From Eledone cirrhosa (Eukaryota): a stretch of 64,000 bases of DNA. Each line of letters opens with the position of its first letter. Within the stretch, counting starts at the first letter, position 1. Positions 15,341 to 28,502 of the stretch are shown here, piece after piece. The stretch lies in NCBI GenBank assembly GCA_964016885.1, contig OZ024743.1, positions 152,086,001 through 152,150,000 of the forward strand, in the 5' to 3' direction. The notes under the pieces were generated by a model that worked only from the letters and a program-made list of their open reading frames with translations, did not search any database and was not told the origin of the DNA. The translations under genes and the position numbers were made by a program.

Positions 15341-18300
15341 TTTCTGAACTAAGGATAATATAAAGATTTTTAGGAAATACCAGCATGCTATATTTCATTA
15401 TGGATTGTTAAAATGCCACATATACTTGTATATAAGTCACATATTTTTAACTTAAAAACATTGGGCATACAAAACTGCATGCAATTTTCTACCAAACCTT
15501 GCATGAATGAGTGTGTCATGTGTGGTTGGTCATCTCAATATTCACTCTATATGGATATCAGTGTTGTTAAATATAGATGATGCCTAAGCCCAAAACAAGA
15601 ATGACTCATGACACATGTGAAACATTGTTTTCTATCAGCCAGTTGTAATTCTAATGCTCATTAATGTTACATATATTATCAGTCAAATAGGAGTAGTGAT
15701 ATAAAAGCCACAGTAATCTAATCATTTCAGTCATAAATTATTTATGGTTCTGCAAATTTACTAGATTGTACAGGCATTGATTTTGATTGTTTTAGCTAAA
15801 CATTTTCTTTTTATTTAAACACAGCTTCAAACAGAAAGTAACATGCAACATATGTATGGATCAAAGACTGAAGCCAAAATAGTATAAATACAAAGAGGGT
15901 GTGACTTACCTACTGTGGTGACTTATATACAAGTATATAATGGTATGTCAAGACCCTTTCTTTCAACAAGACTTGGAGCTTAGCATGACACATTATGAAT
16001 TTCTAAATACAATCAACAGATCCTATATACTACATAGTACAGCATTTCACTATTTACTAACTGGAAAAATTTTCATCCCTGCTTTATTTATATGTGAATT
16101 GTATTATAATACAATTTCAAATTTCTCTAAATCAGTACTTTCTTTATGGATGTAAGCTAAGAGAGTCGTGGTATTACTGCAATCATGAGGTTATTCACCC
16201 TCACAAGCCACATTTGACATTTTGGTCAAACAAAACGCACAAAAAATTCAAGAATCTCATAGTTTAGTGTACTAGCCCTCCAAAATATTTCAAACGTTAT
16301 GAGCTGAAAAGTGCTATTTAGCTGCAATTGGTCATACTTCTGCAACTTACTCAATCATCTTCCACTTGAACCTCAATATTCAAAAATATGAGGAAGCAAA
16401 TGAACCATTCGAATTGCATCTACTTTATGGAAAAAGGTAAGCATATTGGGGCTCTTCCTATCCTTTCTGTATAAGAAAATGGGCTTCAGAACTAAGGGAG
16501 TATCTATATTTTGCTAGAGCTTGGTTTCAAATTCAATTTATCTTAGTATGATAAGCAAAATGACCAGCATTCATTGACATAACAATACATGAAGTCCTCT
16601 CAGAATTAAGATATGTATCACACCAAAACCTCACACCTCAAATTATGCCACTGCCAACTGTAAAAGTCATTGAGCTGTGGAGCTCATCAAGCAATCTACC
16701 AATATTTGCCACAGACAGTGTCAATTGATTCGACAGAAAAGTTTGCAATCAAGGAAAATATGATATCTTGAACATGAATAAGATTGCTAAAAAAGGAGTA
16801 AAAAATGTTTTCCCATATGTTACCCAAGAACTCTCTATGTCCATTTACCCTGCTCTAGTGTTGGCAAAATAACCTCCACAGTTATAAAGTTTTATCCACA
16901 TCCCTGTTGAGCTAGCTCAAATTAAAGAGAGGAAAATGTTATTCACTAAAGTGAAATAAGTGTGGACACAAAAACGCGAACACATGAAAAATAAAGAAGA
17001 AATTTATATAAACCCAGAGCTTTGAAATGTTTGGACAATGCAGCTTGGTGAAGGGATTCTGAAATAACATTTAAAATAACTAAACATAAAAAATAGATAA
17101 TAGAATTTCAACTCTGAAAACATATTTTTAGTTTCACATTTCTTATACAAGATATGTAGTATTATTTTTTTGCTAACAAAATTTACATCATTATCTGCAA
17201 TCTAAGTTTGCTAAAATTATTATTACTATTGAAAACTTTTTAAAAGATTTCAAAAACATTTTAAAATGAACATTAGAGAAAACCATCAATCTTAAAGTAT
17301 GTTAAACTATCTAAGCATGAAATGGATAACCTAACAGGGATTAACTGAGACTAGAGTGTCCTTTCCTAACATCAATCACTCACCAATTGTGTATCATAAT
17401 TTAAGTTTAAATTTAGACTCATATCATCATCATCATCATCATCATCACTTTTATATCAATGTTTTTGTGCTGGTATGGGTTGGATGAGATATTTTTGAAG
17501 CAGTTTTTCTATAGCCGGATGCCAACCCATACTTTATTTTTTAAGTATGGTACATACCACTAAGCTGTGAGACACATCGTTTATACTGGATATAAACAAA
17601 TGTCCCCACTTTCTATTAACTGACACACACAACACACACACACATATATATATCTGTGTTAGAAATAGTAGTCAAATTTGCTTCAATCAGTAGTTTGTTT
17701 AATAGAAGAACCTGCTTTGGACGGTGCTCCAGCATTGCCACCGCCTGATTAATAATAGAATACATATACAGATACAAGCAGATATTATGTGCATATGTGT
17801 CTATGAGAGTGAGAGAAAATTTCATATAAAGTGTTTGTTATGAGGATTGAACTTCACTCATATCCATTAGTAAATATTCACTTAGGTAAAGAATAAAAAA
17901 TAAATGTTCCTTTCTACCACTAGTAATAAATCAATATAATTCATAAAGCTACTTAAGAACAAATAGACGCAAATAAGGTACTAAAAAGACATTTTATTTC
18001 CAAAAGAAAGTATTACTACTCAGACATTTTCATTGATACTATTCAGCTTAGACAACCTGAGAGACATAAATTTTGACTGAATCAATTAAGCAAGAAACTG
18101 GTCTATACTAAATATAGAGAATAGATCTTTTGTCTCTGATCTTTAAAGAAATTAGCTATATACTGATTTCTGTGTTTGTATGTGTGTGCTAATGGTATAC
18201 AGCAAACTTTTATTTTGAAATGAACTGTACAGCTATTGCACCTCAAAACACACACACGCCAAATATATCAAAGGTAGTGGGACATTTTTCTGCCACTCAA

Positions 18301-18613
18301 TAATCCTACCAGGAACATGACCAGTGTACAAATTCTTAATAGCAAGTGAAGACTGATCAAATTTAGATTCAGCAACAGTATAAACTGCAATAACAATTTC
18401 TACTTTAACTTAGCATTATGAGGTAAAGATTTTCCTAGAAGGAAAAATTACGTTTTAAGGAGATTTCTTTTTATTACTGCTGAAATTTTATCAAGGATGG
18501 TTGATACATCAGTGAAAATTATACAACCTCAACGTGAAAGTTTATTCTACAGAAATAAAGGATTTGGATGGAATGGAATGAGATTTAGCTTTCACATTAA
18601 AATAAAATGAATC

Positions 18614-18683
18614 GAATATCTTGTGAAAGCTTTAAAAGAACAAAATATTTTATATTGTTCTTTTAAGCTTTCACAAGATATTC
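18614..18683. repeat. Near-perfect inverted repeat (~29-bp arms)
   Basis: gaatatcttgtgaaagctttaaaagaacaa / ttgttcttttaagctttcacaagatattc, differing by one indel. Confidence 0.9.
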
Positions 18684-19068
18684 TGTGCTTTTCCACCTAG
18701 AAAAATTGAAAGAATTCTTTGCAATGAAAACTTCCATCTAATGTGTCAGAACAGATTTGCTAAAAAAAAGATATAAAATTTCTCTGACTGCTTTAGTTAT
18801 TAATCAGTTTATTGTCACTGACAGCAAAAATTCTATCTTATTTTACAAGTGAGATTTAACTTAGTGTGAAACTGAATAATAAAATCAGGAGAAAGTATAC
18901 ATTGTTTCATACACATCATTTTATAGCATTCATATAGAACCCATCAGAAAGTTTGTCGAAAAATAAAATCATTAGCAGAAAAAAATTCAATATATAACTT
19001 AAAGGCTGATTAGTTTACATATTATACTGCCAAATGAGACACAATTGTGGGTTTCAACTTCTTTATAT

Positions 19069-19240
19069 CTGGCTGGTTATAAATATTATTGCACTGGCTG
19101 GTTATAAATATTATTGCATTTCAAATTTAGGTATTTAACTATTAGCACAATTATTTTTATAGTTAAATGCATTCATAAGTATATGAATGCATTTAACTAT
19201 AAAAATAATTGTGCTAATAGTTAAATACCTAAATTTGAAA
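19069..19240. repeat. 25-bp tandem duplication followed by a perfect palindrome (59-bp arms, 4-nt spacer)
   Basis: 19069-19093 = 19094-19118. 19119-19177 is the exact reverse complement of 19182-19240. Confidence 0.95.
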
Positions 19241-20002
19241 AAGAAAACCTACACATTTTTATATAGAATATAGCAACTCACTATCTCACCCTTTCATATA
19301 TATATGATTTCATACGAATGAAACAGTTCTAGTCTTGTAGAAGTTATATATATATATATATATATATACTCAAAATTATATACTTGTTATAGAACTGAGA
19401 TTCCTATGTTGCTACATAGATTTTCATATTTATTACTATTCATGTAAATGTGTAATAACAAGATTAATCGTAGCTCTATATTGTTTATTCTTTCTTTTTG
19501 TATTGAGTACTTTTTCCTCTTGTGTTTAAAATCACACACACTCACACACACAGCAGGCTTATGATCAGTGGTGTCTCAGCCATGATGATCCTGTAATTTT
19601 TAATATTTGAAACTATATTGGTCAACATGTAATTTGGGAGAGACTTGGCTGTTGAGCATCTGCACAGATGCTCTCTCATTTGGCTATGTACATAGTAAAA
19701 TTAGTTGTTCATATTCCGATAGATTTAAGCACAACATCTTCTGCCTGGAGTAATATAAAGCAGGATAAAAGCTACTAAATCTGTACTTTGTGGTCCAGCA
19801 AATCATCTCCTATTAGTTTATTGATCCATTTTCAGGGCAAAGCTAAGCTACCAAACTTTATTTACCAGAGCCAGGTGCTTTGGTGATGGACTCCTGCGCA
19901 TTCTTCTATTAGTTTTACCTTGTATTATTATTTTTGGCTTTAGACTTGATATAATGTGAACCAATAAAAATCTTGTTTGGAAGCATTATTAGTTGTATTA
20001 AT

Positions 20003-20005
<3 letters not shown>

Positions 20006-20073
<68 letters not shown>
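20006..20073. repeat. (TA)n microsatellite
   Basis: Direct reading. Confidence 0.98.
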
Positions 20074-20078
<5 letters not shown>

Positions 20079-20338
20079 AGATGACGACTATATTTACATA
20101 GATATTCCTCTGAGGGACAAACTTCTGTTTTCAAGCATGTTCAGTACTCAGGCAATGGCCTAGTTGTTCCAAGGTTGTTTGATTTAAAAAGTTCAGCAGA
20201 TATTTCATTAATAACAAATTTAATAATTTGGTCATATGATAATAGTTGTTATGATAATAGTAAATTATGTTATATGAAGATCACTTAAAACAGACAAAAA
20301 ACAAAACACCAGATTTCTTAATAGATTGTCCTCTAAGC

Positions 20339-20536
20339 CAGGCATGTCAAACCGAGAGCACACCGAGGGCCACATAGGTCACATATGTGTTGTCTGAGGG
20401 CCACACACGACAACTAATTCTTTTTATTTTATATTATAAAGATAAAACATGCTCGCACTGTAGAAACATGAGTGCGCCGCAGGTGTGCTTGTAAAGGGCT
20501 GCATGTGGCCCATGGGACACATGTTTGGCATGCCTG
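20339..20536. mobile_element. hAT (Charlie-like) MITE
   Basis: TIRs CAGGCATGTCAAAC / GTTTGGCATGCCTG. Perfect 8-bp TSD CTCTAAGC (20331-20338, 20537-20544). Subterminal GGGCCAC/GTGGCCC motifs. Confidence 0.92.
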
Positions 20537-20704
20537 CTCTAAGCTGTGTAACAAAGCAAACATTTTAATATTGGCATCAGGCTGGGGGGCTGTAATTGGA
20601 TTCAAGCTATTTATAACTACTACTGTTAGTTTTGTTGTCATTATCTTGGATGGGTTGGATGAGTTTCTTCAATGCATTGTAAATCAATTAGGGATCCTCT
20701 ATAC

Positions 20705-20990
20705 CAGGGCTGTGCAACATATTCCATCAGCGGGCCACTTTTGAACATTGGAAAAACTATTAGGGCTATTAATATTTATTAAGCACTATTCGAAAGATTC
20801 ACCACAACTTCTTTCCATAACATGGAACTGGGAAATTATAACACACAAAACCCTATCACTGAAACCCTTTAGAAAATTGTATTACGGTTTCCAAAAAAAT
20901 TCTAAATAAGCCTACAAGGTAAAAATTAAAAACGGTCATCACGGGCCACTCTGACTGGTCTGGCGGGCTGGATTGTGGCCCACAGGCCTC
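20705..20990. mobile_element. Second hAT-like MITE, right end lost
   Basis: Starts CAGGGCTGTGCAAC...GCGGGCCAC and has gcgggctggattgtggccc near 20965-20980. No right TIR or TSD found. Confidence 0.6.
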
Positions 20991-21059
20991 CTAGAAATAT
21001 CAGCCAAATCTCCACCAAACCATACCTTACTGCCTCACCCCCCAAAAAGGAGATATTGA

Positions 21060-21170
21060 ATAATTGTTTCTACTTTTGGCACAAGGCCAGCAAATTACCC
21101 AGTGCATTACTGGTACTTTATTTTATCGACCCCGTAAGGATGAAAGGCAAAGTTAACCTCGGTGAGATAT
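21060..21170 (-). mobile_element. SINE family A, partial
   Basis: Reverse complement of the family A 3' half. Confidence 0.85.
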
Positions 21171-21624
21171 TAAATAATGATGTCCAAGATGTACACTATG
21201 CTTAAAAATAAAAATAAAATGAGTATAGTTTGAATGCTTTTGAAGATAAGTCTACTTAGTCATAGCTGACATGAGGCTAAATACCAACTTAGAGTATCTC
21301 TAATAGGTACCTTTCAATAGTTATTTCTGTAATCTTTATAGCCTGAGGTAGTTAATTCTTCAAATAGTGTCAAGTCATAAAATAATTATTAAATAATGAG
21401 AAAAATAAAAAAAACATTAATATGTTTTAAAAAATGAGAGGAATTTTTTTTTTTATTGTGGGGGTGTTCTATTCCATTGTATTGGGAAGCGCAATATAAA
21501 GATTATATTTAAAGGTTAGAATTATATTTAGAGTATAAAAAATATATTAAACTAGAAATATTTCAACAATTTCAAATTCTAATATTCTTATCCATCAACA
21601 ATATACTAGAAATAAAAAATGGTA

Positions 21625-22170
21625 ATAATCATTTCTTATAGAAAAACAAGCTCACGCATTTGAAGGAGGGGGGGGGGCACTTTATTCTATTGACCCCAAA
21701 TGGATGAAAAGCAATGTTAACCTTGGCAAGATTTGAACTTATAACCTAAAGAACCCTAAATTAATAATGATAATGGTTTCTGATTTAGGCATAAGGCCAG
21801 CAATTTTGAGGGGAAGGGAAAGTCAATTATATCGACCTATCAAGAAGGATGAAATTCAAAGTTGAACTTGATAAAATTTGAATGCAAATTGCAAATGCTG
21901 AAAGGCATTTTATCCATCGCACTAACGTTTCTGCTAATCCACTGCCCTAAGTGTTAAAAAAGACATCACTATTATTATCGTTATTTCTAATGTAAGCAGA
22001 AGACTACAACCCTCATACTTGACTGGCACTTTGTTTTATTGATCCCCAGAAGGATGAAAGGCGAAATTGACCACAGTGGAATTTGAACTCAGAGTATAAA
22101 GAGATGTAACTATATACCACAAGACATTTTATCCTATGCCTTAATAATTATGCCTATCCACTGTCCTAAA
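21625..22170 (-). mobile_element. Cluster of three older, diverged SINE family A relatives
   Basis: Recurring ggatgaaa(a/g)gc..gttaacc..ggcaagatttgaact motif near 21700, 21850 and 22050. Confidence 0.7.
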
Positions 22171-23960
22171 TAAATAATAATTTCTTTTCGATAATGGTAA
22201 TTACATTTCTAGTAAGTGAAAGTAGAAGAGATTGACCTTCAGAACTTCAGATCATGACCGAAGGTGTTGACCAGTTGAAAAATAATGAACCAAATCAAAT
22301 ATATTTATAGATTTCTACTCATAAATTGAAAACTTAACTATAAACAATTAAAATAGTCAGCTAAGATGAGAGATGATTATTTCCATAATGTTTGTTTACT
22401 AAAGTCTGGACCATTCTAGACAGTTTGACATTTTGTTCCAAGATCATCATCTAATTAAATATCTATACGATAATTATGATGAAAATCTAATTTTATTTCA
22501 CCTTTGAAATTTCTAAAAAAAATTATTAAATAGAATAAACCAACAATTTTGTTAGAAATGGCTGACTATATACAACTTAAAATGTGATGAATGTGCCTTT
22601 GGTCTTGTTTAGTTATGTGGAAAGCAAGCATTTAAGAGAGAAAAAAATAGAATACTGAAATTTACAGTGGCTTTCAAAAACATTTAAAAGCATAAAATGA
22701 AAGCCTAAGCCTCTCTCTCAAACAATTTACAGATTAAATGTAAACACTGAATAACAATATTTAATGTCTCTATTATTCAGTAACATTAATAGAGAAGGCT
22801 CAAAAGGATACTTTGTTCATAGAAGTTATGTAATGTTATTCTTTTATAATTTTGAAACTAATCAAGTTATTGACTATTAACTGACTACACAGGTTTTCTT
22901 AATATCAACCAAATACATTATTTTGGTAGCTAATACTGATATGGTGTTAAAAAATATAAACGAAACCTTTTAATAAAGAAATTAACTTTAGAAAAGTAAT
23001 AAAATAAAATTAAAAATGGGAAAAAATAAAATAAGTAAACATTGAAAACATTTCAAAGAAATTTTTTTCAAAAACATTAAAAGAGTTAAAATTATTCTCC
23101 TTATATAAAGATTATAAGAAAAAAATAAAACTAGGGATTTTACTAAGAAAATTATAGAGATAAAAAGAAATAATGCATTTTTAATGAAGCTCTTTAAATT
23201 ATTTGCTTTAATCATCAAATTTTAAACTCATATTAGTGTCTCCAAAAGAAAATGAAAATTATATTAGGAAGTCCTTTACAATTGAGACTAAACAGGACAT
23301 AAAATTCATTGAATGGAGCATAGTAAACTAGAAAGAATTTCAACAAACCATGCAATAATACTAACATATGCAAAGGAAATAATGTTAGTAATGAATGAAA
23401 ATTAAAGAGACAATGTTACAATTTAATTACACTTCTGATCAGACAACATATGTCGTAATTTATTGAGGATATATAAAGAGGATAAGAGAGTTCCACAGTG
23501 GAACAATATTCTTTTATTCTTTTACTAGTTTCAGACATTTGGCTGCAGCCATACTGGTGTACTACCATCAAAATTTTAATTGATTATATTAACCCCAATA
23601 CTTTGGCTGGTATTTATTGATTATGAATTATTGTAAGGCAAAATCCAATTCAGCTTCAAAAGATTGGGTGAATATCACATGGTATTTTAGTTTGGCATAC
23701 AGATTTATTAGCAATCTCTCACCAAAATACACCACACACAAATAAATGTTAATTCAGAGGCTGTTAAATAATAGAGAAACATAACATTTACTGATAGCAG
23801 GGATTCATATATATACTGAATTTTGCCTTTTGCAGTTTTTTCATCTAGGTTGAATAAACCATGGGAAGGAAATCTCAGTCCCAGTGAGCTCTATGTATGG
23901 TTTACTGGGACTAAGATGATATTGATTATATATATATATATATATAAATATATTTTCATA

Positions 23961-24509
23961 GGAGGGGGCTTCAAAACGTTTGTGGAAAAAGTACATAGCT
24001 AAAAATCAAATCTAAGGATTTTGATCTCAATGCACATGTCCTTTCTCATACTAACGTGACATAACATGTTCTAACATAAACCTTTAAATATATATTGCAA
24101 CATGGCACCACCAGTTGGAAGCCAGCACCCACTTGAGTAACATGGCCTCCATCAAAACATCACATTGATGGTGAAGCTAGGGTGGAAAAGCAGCCAAATC
24201 ATTGGTGCTCTGGAGCAAGTTTACGGCGACAATGCCCCAAAGAAATCAACAACCTACAAATGGATAAGTCATTTTAGATATAGAAAAGATGAGGCTGAAG
24301 ATGATCTCCAGTTGAAGATTAAAAAAATGGTGCTTTGACATGGTTTAAATTGCATGACCCTCTATTTTACACAGATGGACTTAAAGGCTGGTATCTACGA
24401 TTGCAGAAGTGTATTGACCTGAATGGAGCATATGTTGAAAAATAATCATCACAACTTAAACCATTTTTTCCAAACTTCCTTTTCCCATGAACTTCATGAA
24501 GCCCCCTTG
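23961..24509 (+). mobile_element. Internally deleted mariner (Hsmar2-like, irritans subfamily)
   Basis: Imperfect TIRs gagggggcttcaaaacgtttgtggaaaa / ttttcccatgaacttcatgaagccccctt. Translated N-terminus MVKLGWKSSQIIGALEQVYGDNAPKKSTTYKWISHF and C-terminus DGLKGWYLRLQKCIDLNGAYVEK*. Confidence 0.88.
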
Positions 24510-24556
24510 GATATATATTATATATATATATATATATTATATATATATATATATAT

Positions 24557-24588
<32 letters not shown>

Positions 24589-25723
24589 ATATATATATAA
24601 TGGTTATAACAAATAAAGGAAACAGACTGCTCTATGTAAACTATAGAGCTAGAAGATTCTAGTATAGCTGTCCTGAACAGTTTCGTTGCTACCATTTGTT
24701 TTCAATCTCACATGTGGCTTAGATTGTGCACATGCATTTCTGCATGTGAGACTTCATCGGGCAACTATAAAACAAAGATGGCAAACGCTGTTCACACAAA
24801 ATCTCATTTGTTGCCAGGAGGATAAATCTATGTCTTAATAAATTTTTTGTTTGTTCTAATTCAAGGAGAATAACTCTTGCTAATTTTGGGCTTATTAAAC
24901 TCATTTTCTTATATTACAGTGTGTATGCATAATGTTGTATATGTATGTGTGTGTATGCAAATATATGTATCCTGGTGTGTGGTTATTTAAGGTAGTTGTA
25001 AGTTTGTTAGATTACTGACACATGCTGCAAGCAGGTGTGCTCATATGTAAGCATTTTCTGTATTTCTTACTAATATACAGTGAACACCTTTCATTTCCTT
25101 TAATGTAAGGCTTAGTCTTCTTAAAGATGCTCCATTCTATCTTGTAGTGTATGTTCTTGTCTTTAAGCTTCCATAATTAGGAGCCCTCATACGTTGGTGC
25201 CTAAATGACGCAATATGTGAGTAGTACTGCAGTTTAAAGCAGTCTTGTGTCATACACACATATCGTTCATTTGTGGCCAATATCAAATTTTTCTTAAAAG
25301 GAATCATCAGTACGAGTCTATGGTGAAAGATAATAGAACAAAGTGCCATGTAGTTAGACGGAACACATTGTTGTGAAATAAACTTATTAACCATGTCATG
25401 AATAATTTGTTGTTTAGCACCATGTTATCTCAGACTGAACAGACTAAGTATTACATGCATTACAGCTATAATCATCATGTCTTTCCTAACATACTTTATA
25501 CAATGTGTCCATTCGTTTTTAAGGTAGTAGAGCTTGATTTAAGGGAGATTCAGTTGATATTTTCTCAAGTAAACTGACAAAATAGCATCAACCTAATTGG
25601 CTCAGGGAACAATAAGTGGAGAATGTTTTTGTCTATGCAAGCTTACTAATCCAAAAGACTGCCATTTTCGTTCTCCTTTTTGTTTGAGTGAGCAGATTTA
25701 TCATTCTAGGCATCAACAAAATA

Positions 25724-25761
<38 letters not shown>

Positions 25762-26168
25762 CATGGATGCATGCATATATGCTTTATATAATATCAATGA
25801 CTGTTCAGGGCTTAAGTATTTTCTGTCTCTAACAAGGAAAGCTAGACTTTGTGATGCAATATTGGCTATATGAATTAGAATTCAAGCACAGAAATTGCTT
25901 TCCGATAATTGGATAGAATCCATGCTCTCTTTACATAAATTCAATAAACACAATAATGATGCACTTAATTTAGTTGCTTTCTACAAAACACAATCTAGCC
26001 CCAGTGATGGAATATGAATTGTCAAACTTTAAGTTGTGGAGCCAACAATTTATTCATTGGAGATTCTGTGTCTGTGAGGCTCTAGATATGTGAATATTAA
26101 ATAGCTATGTTAAGGCTTCGGAATATGGTGCTGAATTCATATTATAAATCATTATATTATGAGAGAAA

Positions 26169-26353
26169 GGGCGGTGGATTGGCAGTATCGGTAGAGGGTC
26201 AGACGCCATGCTTTCCAGCATAGTTACGTCCCTTTACGATCTGAGTTCAAATCCCGCCGAGGTTGACTTTGCCTTTCATCCTTACGGGGTCGATAAAATA
26301 AAGTACCAGTAATGCACTGGGTAATTGCTGGCCTTGTGCCTAAAGTAGAAACA
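26169..26353 (+). mobile_element. SINE family A, full length (tRNA-like head, Meta-like core)
   Basis: A-box-like tggcagtatcgg, B-box gagttcaaatcc, core GCCTTTCATCCTTACGGGGTCGATAAAATAAAGTACC. 18-bp TSD attatattatgagagaaa (26151-26168, 26354-26371). Confidence 0.93.
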
Positions 26354-26849
26354 ATTATATTATGAGAGAAAAAATTGACTTGAGGAGCATTGGAAACATT
26401 TTAAATATAGTCATGCCAATGCAAATAACAGTTTATCAGAATAAATAACAATTGAGAAAATTGGCTAAATACCTGCAAAGAGGGAAAAAGTGGACAGAGG
26501 CACCTCAGTCCACTTTCTCCATCTGCAGAAATGTTTTACCCAATGTTTTAAACTATTATTTATAGTGGTCAAATTTTATTATTGTCATTTACATTGAAAA
26601 GACTACATTTCAAATTCTAAATATTTGACTACTTTTCTTTACCATTTAGTATCTTAAATTTGACATCAGCTATTGATTCTTGCAGTTCTGACTAGATACA
26701 AAGCACTTTTTTGTAAAGCAGAGTAAAATTATTTTTCTTAAGTATATTACTCTTAAGTACATTATAGAATGAAGGAACCATTATACAGTCATTTGGCATA
26801 CTAGCTATAGTAGCCAAATCTCCTTCAAGTTATATTACATTCTCTTTAA

Positions 26850-27055
26850 CCTTTTGGCATTTACATTACTCTATATTTACTATCATATTTTCACAGTAAA
26901 GGTCTTTACGTCACATAATCGAATCAATAAGATTTTGATATTATATATTTTGAGAACAATACCATAACATCAGTATGATTGACTGGTTACGGCCAGTTTG
27001 AACAGAAAGAGGTGAGAGAATTATGCTGGACATGGTCGGTTTAAATGCTAAAGGG
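26850..27055. mobile_element. piggyBac-like MITE
   Basis: TTAA on both sides. TIRs ccttttggcattta / taaatgctaaaggg. Similar AAGGGTTAA ends near 11762-11770 and 52255-52263. Confidence 0.7.
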
Positions 27056-28384
27056 TTAAATGAGAAGATTCTTAAATAATGAAGTAACAAATGATGAATA
27101 AAAAAAATAACAGGATGGTCATAACTGGAATACATTTGATTACTAGGTCTAAGCAATCATGACTGACCTAGGGCTAATCAGCATCCACAACACCTGTATT
27201 TAACATAAAAACTGTCTGACTGTGTATAGTCCAGCCATTGGTCAGAGAGAGCTAAAGCATAAAACTAATATTATGTGTATCTGATTAAACGTTGGCTAAA
27301 ATATGTTGATGGGTTGACAGAAATAGAAGAGCTTTGAACAAAACTTCTTTGCAATATTTAGCTACAGCACATTACATTCTGAGTTTAAATCCTGCAAAAA
27401 TTAACTTTGACTTTTACCCTTCCCATCTGATATGGGAAAAATAAAGTACTAGTCAAATATTCAGGATCTATGTAATCAACTATATCTCTAAACAAAAACG
27501 TATGGTCTTTAATCAATACTATAAATCAATATTTTAGTTTAGAATACAATTCATGGTAGAATATTATTTTCGCAGATAAAAAAAATAAACATTATCAGTA
27601 TGTTATGAAAAGAAGTATGCGAAATAAAGCAGTACAATTAATTATTTCCTAGGAAAACATGTAAAATAGAAAACCAGAAGGAAATAAGATACTTGCAGTT
27701 TATTCCTATCTTTGAATGAAAGATTACAATGGTTTGCCCAATGATCATTAATAAAGAGTTCATGTTCAATTTATAATGAGATTCGTATATAACGACATCC
27801 CAATAAATTGTTCAGAATTGTTAATGTGCCTAGAACTTGACAACTACAGGACTTATTATCCTTTTCAGGTTGTCCATAAGAATGGATGGGGGATTCTGAA
27901 TGCATCATATATCAGTGAAAACTATCTTAGAATCTATTAAGATTTAGAATGCAAACATCACCTCTCAACTTAATACTTTTCTGTGTTTCATTTCTTCTGT
28001 ATGCTGACAGATATTAAGTCAAAGTGAAAATTGAGTATGGAAAGAAATGAGGAGGAAAGAATTTGAAATTTTACTGAGATTTTATGGTTGTTAAGCTGAA
28101 ACTTTTGTCTGTATCATGCAGTGAATCCTGCCTCTTTTTAACTCACTGGCCTAACTGAAAAGTTAAGACACATTCTGGCTTTCAGTTTAGTGATGACTAT
28201 AAAATAAGTCACTGTCTTTTGTTATGGAAACTGTACATTTACCAAATGCTTCACTGACTCCTAAACATGAACCAGATTTATTGGAGAATTGTGAATAATA
28301 AAAAGTGTATGGAAGAAAAAATAAATTTCAGTGAGTTGATTTACTATGATGAATGAAAAATCCAATATTTTGGATACTTATCCT

Positions 28385-28406
28385 TATTTAGAGAGAGAGT
28401 GAGAGA

Positions 28407-28484
<78 letters not shown>

Positions 28485-28502
28485 GAGAGAGAGAGAGGGA
28501 GA
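28385..28502. repeat. (GA)n/(GT)n microsatellite
   Basis: Direct reading. Confidence 0.97.
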
